Positions 29,819 to 40,373 are shown, counted from the stretch's first letter. The stretch is DNA of 64,000 bases from Promethearchaeota archaeon (GCA_019057795.1 JAHLWS010000065.1:64001-128000), one strand, 5' to 3'. Notes: generated by a model from the letters alone, not told the origin. Numbers and translations are program-made.

Positions 29819-31286
29819 TTTAGGAGAAGATGTGGATGGAGCAAAAATGATGAATCCGCTAGCACCAGGTACAGGAACCTTTGATTTTTGGGGTAATGTT
29901 CAAGGAAGATTAAAATCAGAATGGATAAAAACGGGAGAACAATCCTTTAGAACTTCAATGGACGGGAAATCGACTAAAATTACTTGGTCCTTCAATCCTT
30001 ATCCTTTTACAGATAAATTGTATGTTGCATTAGAAGCGTTGGGAAAAAGGTATTCTGATTTAAAAGAGAAGTCAAAATTTTATTCTTTCATCGATCAAGG
30101 CGTTGTTTTTCCTTTTCAAGATGTTTTTAGAGATAAGCATCCAGAAGCTTTATATCGAGCTAGTAATATTAATGTTTCCAGATTTACTACGCGCTTCCCA
30201 TTTTCTATGAAACTAATTGGATACGCTCGCTGCGATCCTATGGAAGGAGAAAAGGCAATTAAGGAGGTAACATACGCTCGACAAGTATTAGGACTCCGGG
30301 GTTTAAAGTTGCATCCTCGATCAGAAAGATGGATCGATGATATTAAAACGGGCAAACCACTTAATGTTTTAATTGAAGCCGCAAGTCATTCCATGCCCGT
30401 ATTATTCGACACTCGGGGAAGAGGCTCAATATTAGACATCGCCGAATTAATTAAATCAACTAGAACAATGATAGCTCAACATTATCCAGAGTTATTACCT
30501 CATTTCAAGGTTATAATCGCACATTTTGCTCAAGGAAATATTGGCGATTACGAAGTCTATAATGCGATTGTCCAACCGAATACTTATGGCGATTTATCAA
30601 TGCTTCATGGAGAGGGGGCTGGGAACTTTTTAGAAGATTTTCGAAAATGGTTTAGGGCACAAAATAAAATAAGAGTTGATAATCGAGATTGGTCGGAATA
30701 CCTTCTTTACGCCTCAGATTACCCTTACTTTGGAGATATTCACGCTCAAAAGCTTCTGATATACATTATAAATAAACGGTTTTTTGACACAGGTGGAACT
30801 ATTAAAGACGTCAGAAATATCATGGGGTTAAACCAGATAAAAATTCTTCCTGAGTATAACTTACCTCAAAATAAAAACAATGGAAGTAGTTTACCATCTA
30901 CTTTAATATCAACCCCATTAAATAGTAATCCTACTTCTTATGAAATTGCTATAAAAGCTTTAGCAAAATTAATCGTAGAAAACAAGGTCGATATTAAAAG
31001 ATTCTGTATACAATTCAAAGATACCTGGGATAACTTTAACGACGATATTTTATTGAACGCTTTCACACCAACTACCAAAGAAGAAGTTCCAATCATGCTA
31101 ACTCAATTGGTAACAGATCAAATCGCTTTGTTTGCGCCCTTAAACAAAAAGGCAGGGTGGAATAAGTTTGGATATAAATATTTCAACCCAAAAGATCGCG
31201 CGTTTTTCGCATCTATTTTCAAGCAAAACTACTTGGCTACAGACGAAATGCAAACGGTTGATTGTTTAGCTCAGATTTTTAATTAA
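29745..31286 (+). CDS. Amidohydrolase_2 family metal-dependent hydrolase
   Basis: IDAHSH, GLRGLKLHP, IIAHF, LYASDYPY. Confidence 0.85.
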   Translation: MLTATIEQEGKTRIENIFVIDAHSHLGEDVDGAKMMNPLAPGTGTFDFWGNVQGRLKSEWIKTGEQSFRTSMDGKSTKITWSFNPYPFTDKLYVALEALGKRYSDLKEKSKFYSFIDQGVVFPFQDVFRDKHPEALYRASNINVSRFTTRFPFSMKLIGYARCDPMEGEKAIKEVTYARQVLGLRGLKLHPRSERWIDDIKTGKPLNVLIEAASHSMPVLFDTRGRGSILDIAELIKSTRTMIAQHYPELLPHFKVIIAHFAQGNIGDYEVYNAIVQPNTYGDLSMLHGEGAGNFLEDFRKWFRAQNKIRVDNRDWSEYLLYASDYPYFGDIHAQKLLIYIINKRFFDTGGTIKDVRNIMGLNQIKILPEYNLPQNKNNGSSLPSTLISTPLNSNPTSYEIAIKALAKLIVENKVDIKRFCIQFKDTWDNFNDDILLNAFTPTTKEEVPIMLTQLVTDQIALFAPLNKKAGWNKFGYKYFNPKDRAFFASIFKQNYLATDEMQTVDCLAQIFN

Positions 31287-31353
31287 ATCCAATTTTTCTT
31301 AATATTGGTTTAAGATAAGATCTTTTTTCCAATCATACTAATAATAATCTTAC

Positions 31354-32304
31354 TCAAAGCTTTTGTTCAAGCTCTTGTTCAAGATATTGAAATCTACCAA
31401 GAGCGGAGGTTCCTATAAAGATTATAAATATAGCTAGAAAGAAAAGAAAATAATTATTAAATGTTTGTTGGAAAACAAATATTCCTGCTATGAGGGGAAC
31501 CATTAACCCTATTGAATTAAATACTGGAAAAACCACCGCTACTCTACTTTTTTGAAAAGCACTTTGATAGAAGGCAAAACTACTCATATTACATATAGCT
31601 AACCCCCACCATCCTATAAACACCCATAAATGATTATAATCAAACCAAAAGATTCCAAAAAAAATTTCAGCCCATATATACCAAGTTAGTTGGATATTTG
31701 CTTGAATTACCGCTTGGGCTAAAATATTTGTAAAAACATTACCAAGAGCAAGTAAAAAGGAGCCCGTGAGCATTATAAAAAATCCTTCTGAATTAGTACC
31801 TCTCTTTTTTAAAGATAGTATTAAGCAAAAAATAGTGATGGAAAACGTTATTGCTAAGAAAATTATTAAAGGGAAGACAAAAAGATGCAAATCTATTACA
31901 ATATTTGAAATTCCAGCTAAAACAATCAAAACTGGTGAGATTGCTAATACAATTATTGCCAGAAATTCGTACCATTTTATTTTTTCACCTAAAAGACGGT
32001 TTGCTGCAAGAACCATAATGATTATTCCCAGACTGTTTATGGGTAATGAAACCATTACTCCAACTAACCCTATTGACATTATGTAAGGAAACCAAGCTAT
32101 AACCCCTAAGACGGCTCCTAATGCCCACCATTTGTTTTTAATTATTTCCTTAAAGGATTTTAATATCCCCTTTATACCTTTATCAAATGTAATTTCAGGA
32201 CCTTCTTTTAATCCAATTTTTTGAAAAATAATTGCAAAATTAAAACATAGGAGTGCTATTAAAACTAAAACAATTCCAGTTATAGCGGTTATGATATCAA
32301 CCAT
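31354..32304 (-). CDS. DMT superfamily membrane transporter (NIPA-like)
   Basis: About 9 TM segments; FQKIGL, WWALG, LLGEKI, FYQSAFQK. Confidence 0.7.
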   Translation of the reverse strand: MVDIITAITGIVLVLIALLCFNFAIIFQKIGLKEGPEITFDKGIKGILKSFKEIIKNKWWALGAVLGVIAWFPYIMSIGLVGVMVSLPINSLGIIIMVLAANRLLGEKIKWYEFLAIIVLAISPVLIVLAGISNIVIDLHLFVFPLIIFLAITFSITIFCLILSLKKRGTNSEGFFIMLTGSFLLALGNVFTNILAQAVIQANIQLTWYIWAEIFFGIFWFDYNHLWVFIGWWGLAICNMSSFAFYQSAFQKSRVAVVFPVFNSIGLMVPLIAGIFVFQQTFNNYFLFFLAIFIIFIGTSALGRFQYLEQELEQKL

Positions 32305-32564
32305 AATTATTTTATATTATATTTATTTTAAAATTCATTTATTTTATTATTAACCTATTAAAAACATGGAAAGCTTACTTAATTACTATAAAAAATTCGG
32401 TATATAACTGAATTTATCGAATCAATTTTAAATACTTATCTTTTCCTAAATTTCTTAAATTATGAAATCAAAAATAAATAAAAATAATAGCAAAGTAGTT
32501 TTATATTAATCGTTTTCCTTATCATATATTTAATACCAGAATAGCGAGTTACAAATAAAAAAAT

Positions 32565-33551
32565 ATGTTTGTTCTATCATTTTTATTTATTTTATTAATT
32601 TTTTTCGTTCTATTTCTTGCCTCTATTTCAATTATTCTTAGTTTTGTTTTTATTCTTATTTTTATTAATATAAATTTTAATTTCTTTTATTATAATCATA
32701 AAGCAAAGTTATCAGATATAACTTATATCAAAAATACTCTGAAATTTATAGTTAAAATGGCAAGTTTAACTTTAGGTTCTAAATATGAACTAAAAATAAC
32801 AACAAGAGATAATCTTAAATATTGCGGAGATGTATTTGACAGCACGCTTTGTAAATGTCTGTACTTGAATAATAATTATGAGCCCTCTGTTACTGAATAT
32901 TTAAAAAAAACATTAAAAAAAGGTGATATATTTATAGATGTTGGAGCTAATGAAGGAATGTTTGGTGTCCTTGCAGGAAAACTTGTTGGTCAAACTGGTA
33001 AGGTTTATTGTATCGAACCTTTACCAAGGAATATCTCTATTTTAAAAAAAAATATACGAATTAATAATTTGAATAATGTTATAATCTATGATGTAGCCGC
33101 TGGAGACGAAAATAAAGATGTATCATTTTTTGATATAAAAATAAACAATATGTTAGGCGGTGCTGAAAATATTATGACGACTCTATTGTCTAAAATACCA
33201 GGTATGGTTCAATTAATCAAAGTAAAACAAAGAAGATTAGATACGTTAATAAATGAACCTTTAGATAAAATCAAATTAATAAAGATAGATACAGAAGGAT
33301 ATGAAGAATATGTGTTAAAGGGATTGGATACATGGTTAATTGGAAAATGTTCCATTGATTTTATTATAGAAATGAACCCTAGTAAGTCAAAATATATTAC
33401 TGATTTACTTTTAAATAAACATAAATATACAGGATATATGCATTGGATGGATTCCGTAGCATATAATGATAATGTTAATTGGGAGAGACTCGATATAAAT
33501 TGTAACACTCAAAAAAATGTCTTGTTTACTAAAAATCGTTGGGAAAATTAG
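32565..33551 (+). CDS. FkbM family methyltransferase
   Basis: YEP, FIDVGANEG, IEP, IKIDTEGYEEYVLKG. Confidence 0.88.
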   Translation: MFVLSFLFILLIFFVLFLASISIILSFVFILIFININFNFFYYNHKAKLSDITYIKNTLKFIVKMASLTLGSKYELKITTRDNLKYCGDVFDSTLCKCLYLNNNYEPSVTEYLKKTLKKGDIFIDVGANEGMFGVLAGKLVGQTGKVYCIEPLPRNISILKKNIRINNLNNVIIYDVAAGDENKDVSFFDIKINNMLGGAENIMTTLLSKIPGMVQLIKVKQRRLDTLINEPLDKIKLIKIDTEGYEEYVLKGLDTWLIGKCSIDFIIEMNPSKSKYITDLLLNKHKYTGYMHWMDSVAYNDNVNWERLDINCNTQKNVLFTKNRWEN

Positions 33552-33630
33552 ATATTAAAAGAAAATAAATTATTTCTTATTGTTTAAATTAAATTTAGAT
33601 TGAAATATAGATAAAGTGCAAAACATTATT
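33550..33630 (+). repeat. ~80-bp direct repeat copy 1
   Basis: AGATATTAAAAGA...ATAAATTATTTCTTATTGTTTAAATTAAATTTAGATTGAAATATAGATAAAGTGCAAAACATTATT, matches 37079-37158 with about 3 differences. Confidence 0.9.
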
Positions 33631-33802
33631 TATTTCATTGCTGAACTAAAATTTGCTTAGTTTTTCATACTATTCGTACAACTCTTTACTAAGTGGAGAT
33701 CAAGATTTAAAAAAAGGAAATCATAATTATTTGAGATAAATATTTTAAAATTAAAAGTCATATAAATTGTATAGAGTGAATGATTAAAAATAGAAGATAT
33801 CT

Positions 33803-34309
33803 TTGTCAACCAATTATAAAAGGTCTAAAGAATGGTTAAGTTTGGCATTTAATAATTTAGATAAGGTAATTAAATTCTATGAAATTAATGAATTCGCAGC
33901 GTGTGTTTTTAGAATTCAATTATCTACGGAACAATTACAAAAAGCATTAATTGTTCTATTAGGATTACAATTTCGAAAAACTCATGAACCATCAAAAATA
34001 TTAGAATCAATTGAATCGAACGAGCATATTGAAATCGAAGAAAAATTTCTTGAAATGATAAAAAAAATAGCAGATTTATCAAAAAACATTGAAGATGAGG
34101 GAACTGTAACGCGATATGGGATAATTATAGATGGTGAATTAATCTCTCCTGAGGAAAAATATGATAAAGCCAAAACAGACGAAAGGCTAGATGATCTAGA
34201 GAAGATTTTAATAATTTTTAAAGATTTATTTGAAGAAAATCCTGATTTTGAGTTAGAATTAACAACCTTATCAGAATTCATTGTAAAAATAGAAGAGTTA
34301 GAGGAATAA
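33803..34309 (+). CDS. HEPN domain protein (HEPN-MNT toxin-antitoxin)
   Basis: ACVFRIQLSTEQLQKA, RKTHE, TRY; overlaps the MNT start. Confidence 0.82.
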   Translation: MSTNYKRSKEWLSLAFNNLDKVIKFYEINEFAACVFRIQLSTEQLQKALIVLLGLQFRKTHEPSKILESIESNEHIEIEEKFLEMIKKIADLSKNIEDEGTVTRYGIIIDGELISPEEKYDKAKTDERLDDLEKILIIFKDLFEENPDFELELTTLSEFIVKIEELEE

Positions 34310-34803
34310 TGGGTGAAAATAAGGATATTGATTTATCATTTATTAAATTAGAATACTTCAAAAATGAACTTAAAGAATATCTCCAATTCATTTTTAAATT
34401 AAAGCTAAATATAAGAGCAATCTTGCTCTTTGGGTCGGTCGCAACGAGTAAAGCCCGAGATGATGATGAGTATTTAAGCGATATCGATTTATTTATAATC
34501 TGTGACGATTTACCCGAGGATTATTGGGAAAGAAGAAAATTAGTGTTTAATTTAACTAAATCCGTATGTACGGGTAAACAAGTACTTTGGCGGACTTCAA
34601 AAGAAATGGAAGGTCATGTAAAATCGAAATATTATCTGATTTTAGACGCTTTTGACGAAGGGAAGATTCTTTACGACCCTGAAAATTTTCTTTCCGAGTT
34701 AAAGAAAAAGCTCTTTAAAGACTTAGAAGAAAAAGGCGTGATAAAGACGGAACTTTACTGGCAGTGGCCAATTAAAAAGTTTGGAGATAAAATTGAATTT
34801 TAA
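34309..34803 (+). CDS. Minimal nucleotidyltransferase (MNT)
   Basis: LFGSVA...SDIDL motif. Confidence 0.88.
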   Translation: MGENKDIDLSFIKLEYFKNELKEYLQFIFKLKLNIRAILLFGSVATSKARDDDEYLSDIDLFIICDDLPEDYWERRKLVFNLTKSVCTGKQVLWRTSKEMEGHVKSKYYLILDAFDEGKILYDPENFLSELKKKLFKDLEEKGVIKTELYWQWPIKKFGDKIEF

Positions 34804-35012
34804 CTCCCTTAGATCTTCTTAAAGCATTATTTTCTTGCTTGAATTTTCTATACATACCCCTTATCTATAACCGCGAGTATTACATGATATGCTTTAAAAC
34901 TTTGAGTCAAAAAAAAAAAGAATTTGACTTCAATAAAAATATATAAGCTAGGAATTATAGGACTCATAAGCGTTTATAATCACATTTAATAATTGTTTAA
35001 TTGTAAAAGGTT

Positions 35013-35082
35013 GTTGGGAAAAAGGTATCCTAATTTAAAAGAAAAGTCAAAATTTTATTCTTTCATCGATCAAGGGGTTGTT
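35013..35082 (+). repeat. 70-bp displaced copy of an internal amidohydrolase segment (30038-30107)
   Basis: GTTGGGAAAAAGGTAT...AAGTCAAAATTTTATTCTTTCATCGATCAAGG.GTTGTT, 4 mismatches in 70. Confidence 0.9.
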
Positions 35083-35443
35083 ATAAAATTTGCTTAATCA
35101 TAGTTAGAAAACTCTATTTTTATGTCCTACAAATCTTAGTTTTTATGTCAAACCTTTTTATCTAAATTAGGAATAGTGTATACTAATTTAATCTCAAATA
35201 AAGAATTTTTGATGTTTCCTATTAAATCTAAATTAGAATGCCCTAAACTTAATAACATAATAAAAATCATCTAAATAACATTATCACTATTTAATTAAAT
35301 CTAAGGATTTAATAATAGAAAGTCTTTTTCTTAATTTCGAATAATGCAAACATTTAAATATATCTTATTTGTACAAAATATTGTACATAATAGTGTATTA
35401 TATAAAATCTATGTTAATATTTATTAAATAATAGGGTAAAAAA

Positions 35444-35860
35444 ATGATTGTTCAAAGCGAATTTTATAAAGATTTAGAACCTTCCGGTAAAACTGCGGAG
35501 ATGCTAGGTCTAGAAATAATACAGGTATCTAAATCTGGGGAAAGATTAGACATTATTTTTCATAAAGGAATAGCACTCTCTCTTACTCAAAAAGTTTTAA
35601 CATTACACATGGACAAAATTTATAATAAAAAACAAGGAAATTTAATTGCTACAATCGACGATTTTGGCATATAGATTCATTTTTTCACTTTAAACTTAGA
35701 TAATATTTTGATAATAATTTATGTGGAAAAAAAGAACAATATTATAAACAGTTGCACTCAGATGTATGTTCTTTATAAAAAAATATATGAAATAATTAAC
35801 ACAAATAATCCTATATCAAAGATTTTAAACATTTGTAAACAGACCATAAAGATTAAATAA
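35444..35860 (+). pseudogene. Hypothetical gene interrupted by in-frame TAG at 35672-35674
   Basis: Frame stays open for about 61 more codons after the TAG (IHFFTLNLDNILIIIYVEK...) to TAA at 35858-35860. Confidence 0.55.
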
Positions 35861-36048
35861 TTTAGAAAATAAAGTGGTTCTGTTTCAAAGACATATAGCT
35901 ATTTATCAAATAGTAGTAGATTGAAATAAATTCTTTTTTTAAATTTATATATCTGAAGAACTTAAATTGTAAATACAGATATCCTTTTCTTAAGAAAAAC
36001 TAAAAAAAGAATAAAGTAGGAAAGCATTAAATTGCGATAGAAAGAGAA

Positions 36049-36801
36049 TTATAAATATTTAAACACAAACTCAAAATCCGATAGATCAAAAGGTTTTAAT
36101 ATGTATCCATCAGCTCTTGTTTCTTGGATTTTTTCTTTTACTTCATGATCTGTAACAGCTGTTAAATAAATAACTGGTATCTTTCTGAGTTTTTCATGAG
36201 ATTTTACTCTTTTACAAATTTCAAACCCACTTATATCAGGCAAAAGTATATCTAACAAAATTAATTTTGGAAGGTTATAATTTAATTCTTCGATTCCTTT
36301 TAAACCTGTTATTACTCCTTTGCAAGTATAGCCTTTAGCATCAAAATAATTAGTAACCAATTCTATTGTAGATAAATCATCTTCAATCAATAGAATGTCG
36401 TATTGAGCAAGTTTTGCATCTGGGTGTTCTAATCTTAATATAAATCTATTTTCAAATTGTTTAATCTCATCTAATAAGTTTTTAATAATGGATAAAATAT
36501 CGTTGTTTAAATCCTTTTGATATTTTTCTACGATTAATTGGAGATTTCCTTTGATCGTTGTGAGTCTTTCTTTTAAGGCATGTGTGAAAACAGTTAAATC
36601 TTGAGCAAGTAAACTGGATTTCTCGTCGATATAATATTTAATTCCTTCTCTAACTAATTTGGAGAGCGATGAAATATCACTTTTTTTAATGAATTCTAGC
36701 CATTCTTTTTCTGTTTCTTCCGTAATGTAAACAGAGATTCGTTTTTTCCCAGAATAATAATCCTTTTTAACTTTAGTCTCTTTCTCGTCTTTAGTAATAA
36801 T
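36049..36801 (-). CDS. RHH-like + HisKA-like + receiver (REC) domain regulator; probable ATT start
   Basis: Open frame upstream of the ORF-track start encodes KRISVYITEETEKEW...LSKLVREGI and FTHALKERLTTIKGNLQLI; REC: LIEDD, LLDILLP, LTA, KPF; AGGTGA upstream. Confidence 0.8.
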   Translation of the reverse strand: MITKDEKETKVKKDYYSGKKRISVYITEETEKEWLEFIKKSDISSLSKLVREGIKYYIDEKSSLLAQDLTVFTHALKERLTTIKGNLQLIVEKYQKDLNNDILSIIKNLLDEIKQFENRFILRLEHPDAKLAQYDILLIEDDLSTIELVTNYFDAKGYTCKGVITGLKGIEELNYNLPKLILLDILLPDISGFEICKRVKSHEKLRKIPVIYLTAVTDHEVKEKIQETRADGYILKPFDLSDFEFVFKYL

Positions 36802-37078
36802 TCTTCACCTTATATTAATCTAAAAAATTAATAATTAACAAAATTATCCATATTTTACTGAATTCGTTAAGATATTAAAGTGTAAATATATTATTTTTTA
36901 ATTAGTTTTTTACTATTCCTAATTATATTTACCTAAACCAGTAAATAAATTTGTTGTTTTAAAAATAAAGCATGAATCTTGCATATTTAAAACAATCCAA
37001 TTTTTATCAGTTAACCATATACTTTTATTAAAAAAGATAATCTAATTTTTGCCCTATTTTTTACATAATCGGACAAAA

Positions 37079-37158
37079 AGATATTAAAAGATATAAATTA
37101 TTTCTTATTGTTTAAATTAAATTTAGATTGAAATATAGATAAAGTGTAAAACATTATT
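37079..37158 (+). repeat. ~80-bp direct repeat copy 2 (upstream region of 37229 gene)
   Basis: See copy 1 at 33550-33630. Confidence 0.9.
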
Positions 37159-37228
37159 CTTTAATGAAACATGTGATTTGTTTTAGAGAGATAAATTTCT
37201 TAAATCTAATTTGTGAAGTTGTGGAAAA

Positions 37229-38449
37229 TTGAAAGGTATTATAATTGTAGGGTTTGAAGAAAATTCTGAAACATATATAGATACGCAGTTTCCAAGTAAT
37301 ATCTGTGAATTCTTAGGAGTGACCCCAAATCTCTTAAAAGATTTAGTCGAACAGCATTTGAACAAAAAGATGGAACCTAATTACGTTGAAATGAAACTAA
37401 ACGACGAGATTAGCGTAGCAAGTTTCTATTCGGGATTTTCATTTAGACACTATGTGGGAAAACCTAATTTCGCGATAATTATTTTCTTATCCCAAGATGA
37501 TTTTCTTTCTAACGAGTTTGAAGGAATGATGCGACGGATTGCCCACGAATTATTACCGAAAAGGGAAGCGCTTAATTTCGACGATATTTTAGGTCAATAT
37601 TATGAAATGTTAAAGAAGGAAGAATTAACATCCTATTGGGAAGAAATCATAGAGGGGGAAACAAGCGTAATTGTTGTTAAAAAAAAGGAAGAAGAAAAAC
37701 AAGATACTGAAGGAATTGAAGATGCCAAGAGAGAAATGGTTGAAGAACAGGTGAACCAGGCTAGTAGTGCAGATGTTTTGCAAGAAAATGAAGATTTAAA
37801 AGCTGAAATTCCAGAACTTCAAAATCTTATAGAGGAAAAAAAGAGTAAAATTAGGGAATTAACGAGAAAATTTACCGAACTTATGTCGGAGAATACAACA
37901 AAAACCGAAGAAATTCAAGCTCTCAAAGAGGAAATAAGCGAGCAATACATAAAACTAGAGAAATGGAGCCAACAAATGGCTGATCTTAACGAAAACAACG
38001 CGAAATTAATGAACGATGTAAAAAAATTAAATCAGAAAATAATTGAAAGAGATAACTTCTTAAAAGAAAAAGAGAGGAAAATCGAAGAACTTACGGGAAA
38101 ATTGACAAGTGAAGAAGAATTTGAAGAAAAAGCCGAAATTATGCTTCAAGAAAAAAAAGGCTTAATAACTATTAACTTTAGTTTAAATTCTGAAATAGAA
38201 AGCCTAGAAAAAGAATTTAAAAATTTGAAAAACGAAGTTGAGAAATCTCAAAACCAGATTACAATCCATATTGATACGATAACAAATTTAAAAATTGATG
38301 CCAAAAAGCTTAAATCTAAAATCTCAAGTATAGATGAAGAGAAAGAGAAGTTAAAAGATCAATCGTTAGATCTTAAAAAGGAAATCAAAATATTAAGGCG
38401 GGAAAGAGATCATTATAAAAAAATTGTAAAAGAAAATAATCTCCTATAA
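37229..38449 (+). CDS. Longin/uDENN-like N-terminal domain plus long coiled coil
   Basis: N-term GIIIVGFEE...IDTQFP pattern; E/K-rich heptad C-terminal 250 aa. Confidence 0.65.
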   Translation: MKGIIIVGFEENSETYIDTQFPSNICEFLGVTPNLLKDLVEQHLNKKMEPNYVEMKLNDEISVASFYSGFSFRHYVGKPNFAIIIFLSQDDFLSNEFEGMMRRIAHELLPKREALNFDDILGQYYEMLKKEELTSYWEEIIEGETSVIVVKKKEEEKQDTEGIEDAKREMVEEQVNQASSADVLQENEDLKAEIPELQNLIEEKKSKIRELTRKFTELMSENTTKTEEIQALKEEISEQYIKLEKWSQQMADLNENNAKLMNDVKKLNQKIIERDNFLKEKERKIEELTGKLTSEEEFEEKAEIMLQEKKGLITINFSLNSEIESLEKEFKNLKNEVEKSQNQITIHIDTITNLKIDAKKLKSKISSIDEEKEKLKDQSLDLKKEIKILRRERDHYKKIVKENNLL

Positions 38450-38620
38450 TTATTTTCTATGCTAAATTACTTTTCTTACTTTTCCCTCGCCTAACTTGAA
38501 AACGATAAGTAAAAGCATATTTTTATAAACATATACTTTTTTAATAATAATAACAAATTTAAATCTAAAAATCTAATATAATTATAACTATAAGTTATTA
38601 AAATAAGAGTGGAGTATTAA

Positions 38621-39076
38621 TTGTCAATTGATACAAAAAGTTTTGATAATATTCTTTCGAAGATTATAAAATCCGAGAGTGGAATCAAGAAAGTAATTTT
38701 GGTTGATAGAACTGGCTTAACAATCGCGAGTGTTTCAAAATTTTCCTATTTTCCAGCTGATGTCGACGGGATCGGTGCTATTGCCTCAGCGGTTTTTTGT
38801 GCATCCGAAGAACAAGGAAAGAATCTAGAATTAGGTGGCTTAGAAATCGTTACGAGTGAATTTATGGGAGGGAAGATTTTTGCGTCAAGTTGTGGACCAA
38901 AAGGCGTGCTAACTCTTATCTCTGATCCGGACATAAATATTGGGTTAATTAGATTAATACTTAAACGTTCAGGAGACGAATTAAAGGAAATCTTAGACGA
39001 GTTCTTATCAGATATTCCTGAATCATTCGACTCTGGACTGGATTTAAGCGATTTGGACGAACTAACTCCAGATTAA
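38621..39076 (+). CDS. Roadblock/LC7 (MglB-like) domain protein
   Basis: VILVDRTGLTIAS, IGAIASA, GKNLELG, NIGLIRL. Confidence 0.88.
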   Translation: MSIDTKSFDNILSKIIKSESGIKKVILVDRTGLTIASVSKFSYFPADVDGIGAIASAVFCASEEQGKNLELGGLEIVTSEFMGGKIFASSCGPKGVLTLISDPDINIGLIRLILKRSGDELKEILDEFLSDIPESFDSGLDLSDLDELTPD

Positions 39077-39197
39077 TTTTAACATTTTTTCAACTCCTTA
39101 TTTTCACATTATTTGTGCCGAAGTAAATTTTACTTAAACTTATTTATTACTTAATTAACTTATTTAATCTTGAAGTTGCATTAATGACAAAAAAATT

Positions 39198-39359
39198 ATG
39201 AGATTCGAAATTGAAAAAAGATTACACAGAGTGAAAATAGCTTTTGAACAAAAAGAAATTATATGCCCCCTCTCTAAAAATTGCAGCCAAGCAGAAAATT
39301 GCAAGAGATGCGATGATTTTTATAAAAAATGTCGCATTTACATAAACGATTCTTATTAA
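39198..39359 (+). CDS. Small Cys-rich protein, 53 aa (not in ORF track)
   Basis: MRFEIEKRLHRVKIAFEQKEIICPLSKNCSQAENCKRCDDFYKKCRIYINDSY*, co-oriented between Roadblock and SDR genes. Confidence 0.55.
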   Translation: MRFEIEKRLHRVKIAFEQKEIICPLSKNCSQAENCKRCDDFYKKCRIYINDSY

Positions 39360-39385
39360 ATAGGTTATAAAACGAGGAATTTTAG

Positions 39386-40201
39386 GTGTTAAAAAATATG
39401 AACTTAGGTTTAAAAGACAAAGTTGCATTAATCTTAGCCTCAAGTAAAGGATTGGGGCTAGCATGTGCTAAAACTTTCTATTGCGAAGGAGCAAATGTAA
39501 TAATTAGTAGTCGCTCTATGGAAAATTTAGAGCGAGCTAAAGAAGAAATTGGCAAGCATAAGCCTAAAAATTCCAATAATAAAATTATTTCTTTGGTTTC
39601 TGATCTAAATGATGAGGCTCAAATTAAATCCTTAGTAGACGAGACCGTAAAAATTTTTGGAAGAATCGATATACTGGTTCATAACGCCGGTGGACCACCC
39701 TCGGCACCAATTAATAAGATCAGTAAAGACGATTGGCAAAATTCGATTAATTTAAATCTACTTTCCTTCGTAAGAGTTTCTGAATTGGTTGTGCCAATCA
39801 TGCAACAGCAGAAGTTTGGAAGGATAATTGCGATTACTTCAGTTTCGGTGAAGCAACCTCTAAATAATCTTGTTCTATCAAATACGACACGTCTAGGAGT
39901 TGTGGGTTTTGCAAAAACGCTAGCCAACGAGTACGCTAAAGATAATATTTTGGTGAATGTTGTATGTCCAGGACCAACTCTCACTGATCGCATGAAAGAA
40001 TTAATCAATACAACAGTAAAAAAAACGGGAAAAACGTATGAAGAGGTTGAAAAAACTTGGGTAGATTCCATCCCATTAGGGCGATTAGGAGAACCAGAAG
40101 AACTATCTAATTTAGTCGTATTTTTAGCCTCAAGTAAAGCTAGTTATATTACGGGCACGGTTATTCAGGTTGATGGAGGCTTTGTAAAAAGTACTTTATA
40201 A
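39386..40201 (+). CDS. Short-chain dehydrogenase/reductase
   Basis: ASSKGLG, NAGGPP, SNTTR, VCPG, IPLGRLGEPEE, TGTVIQVDGG. Confidence 0.92.
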   Translation: MLKNMNLGLKDKVALILASSKGLGLACAKTFYCEGANVIISSRSMENLERAKEEIGKHKPKNSNNKIISLVSDLNDEAQIKSLVDETVKIFGRIDILVHNAGGPPSAPINKISKDDWQNSINLNLLSFVRVSELVVPIMQQQKFGRIIAITSVSVKQPLNNLVLSNTTRLGVVGFAKTLANEYAKDNILVNVVCPGPTLTDRMKELINTTVKKTGKTYEEVEKTWVDSIPLGRLGEPEELSNLVVFLASSKASYITGTVIQVDGGFVKSTL

Positions 40202-40373
40202 TATAATCTAAACGGATATCACACTCATATTTTAGAAATTTATATTATAAAAACTAATTTCTATAAGATAAATAAAATAGATTTTAATATTTTTGATATT
40301 ATTATTCTAGATATTAGTTTAATAATAAATTGAACTTTGACTAATTAATATATAATTAATAAGAGAAGAGTGT

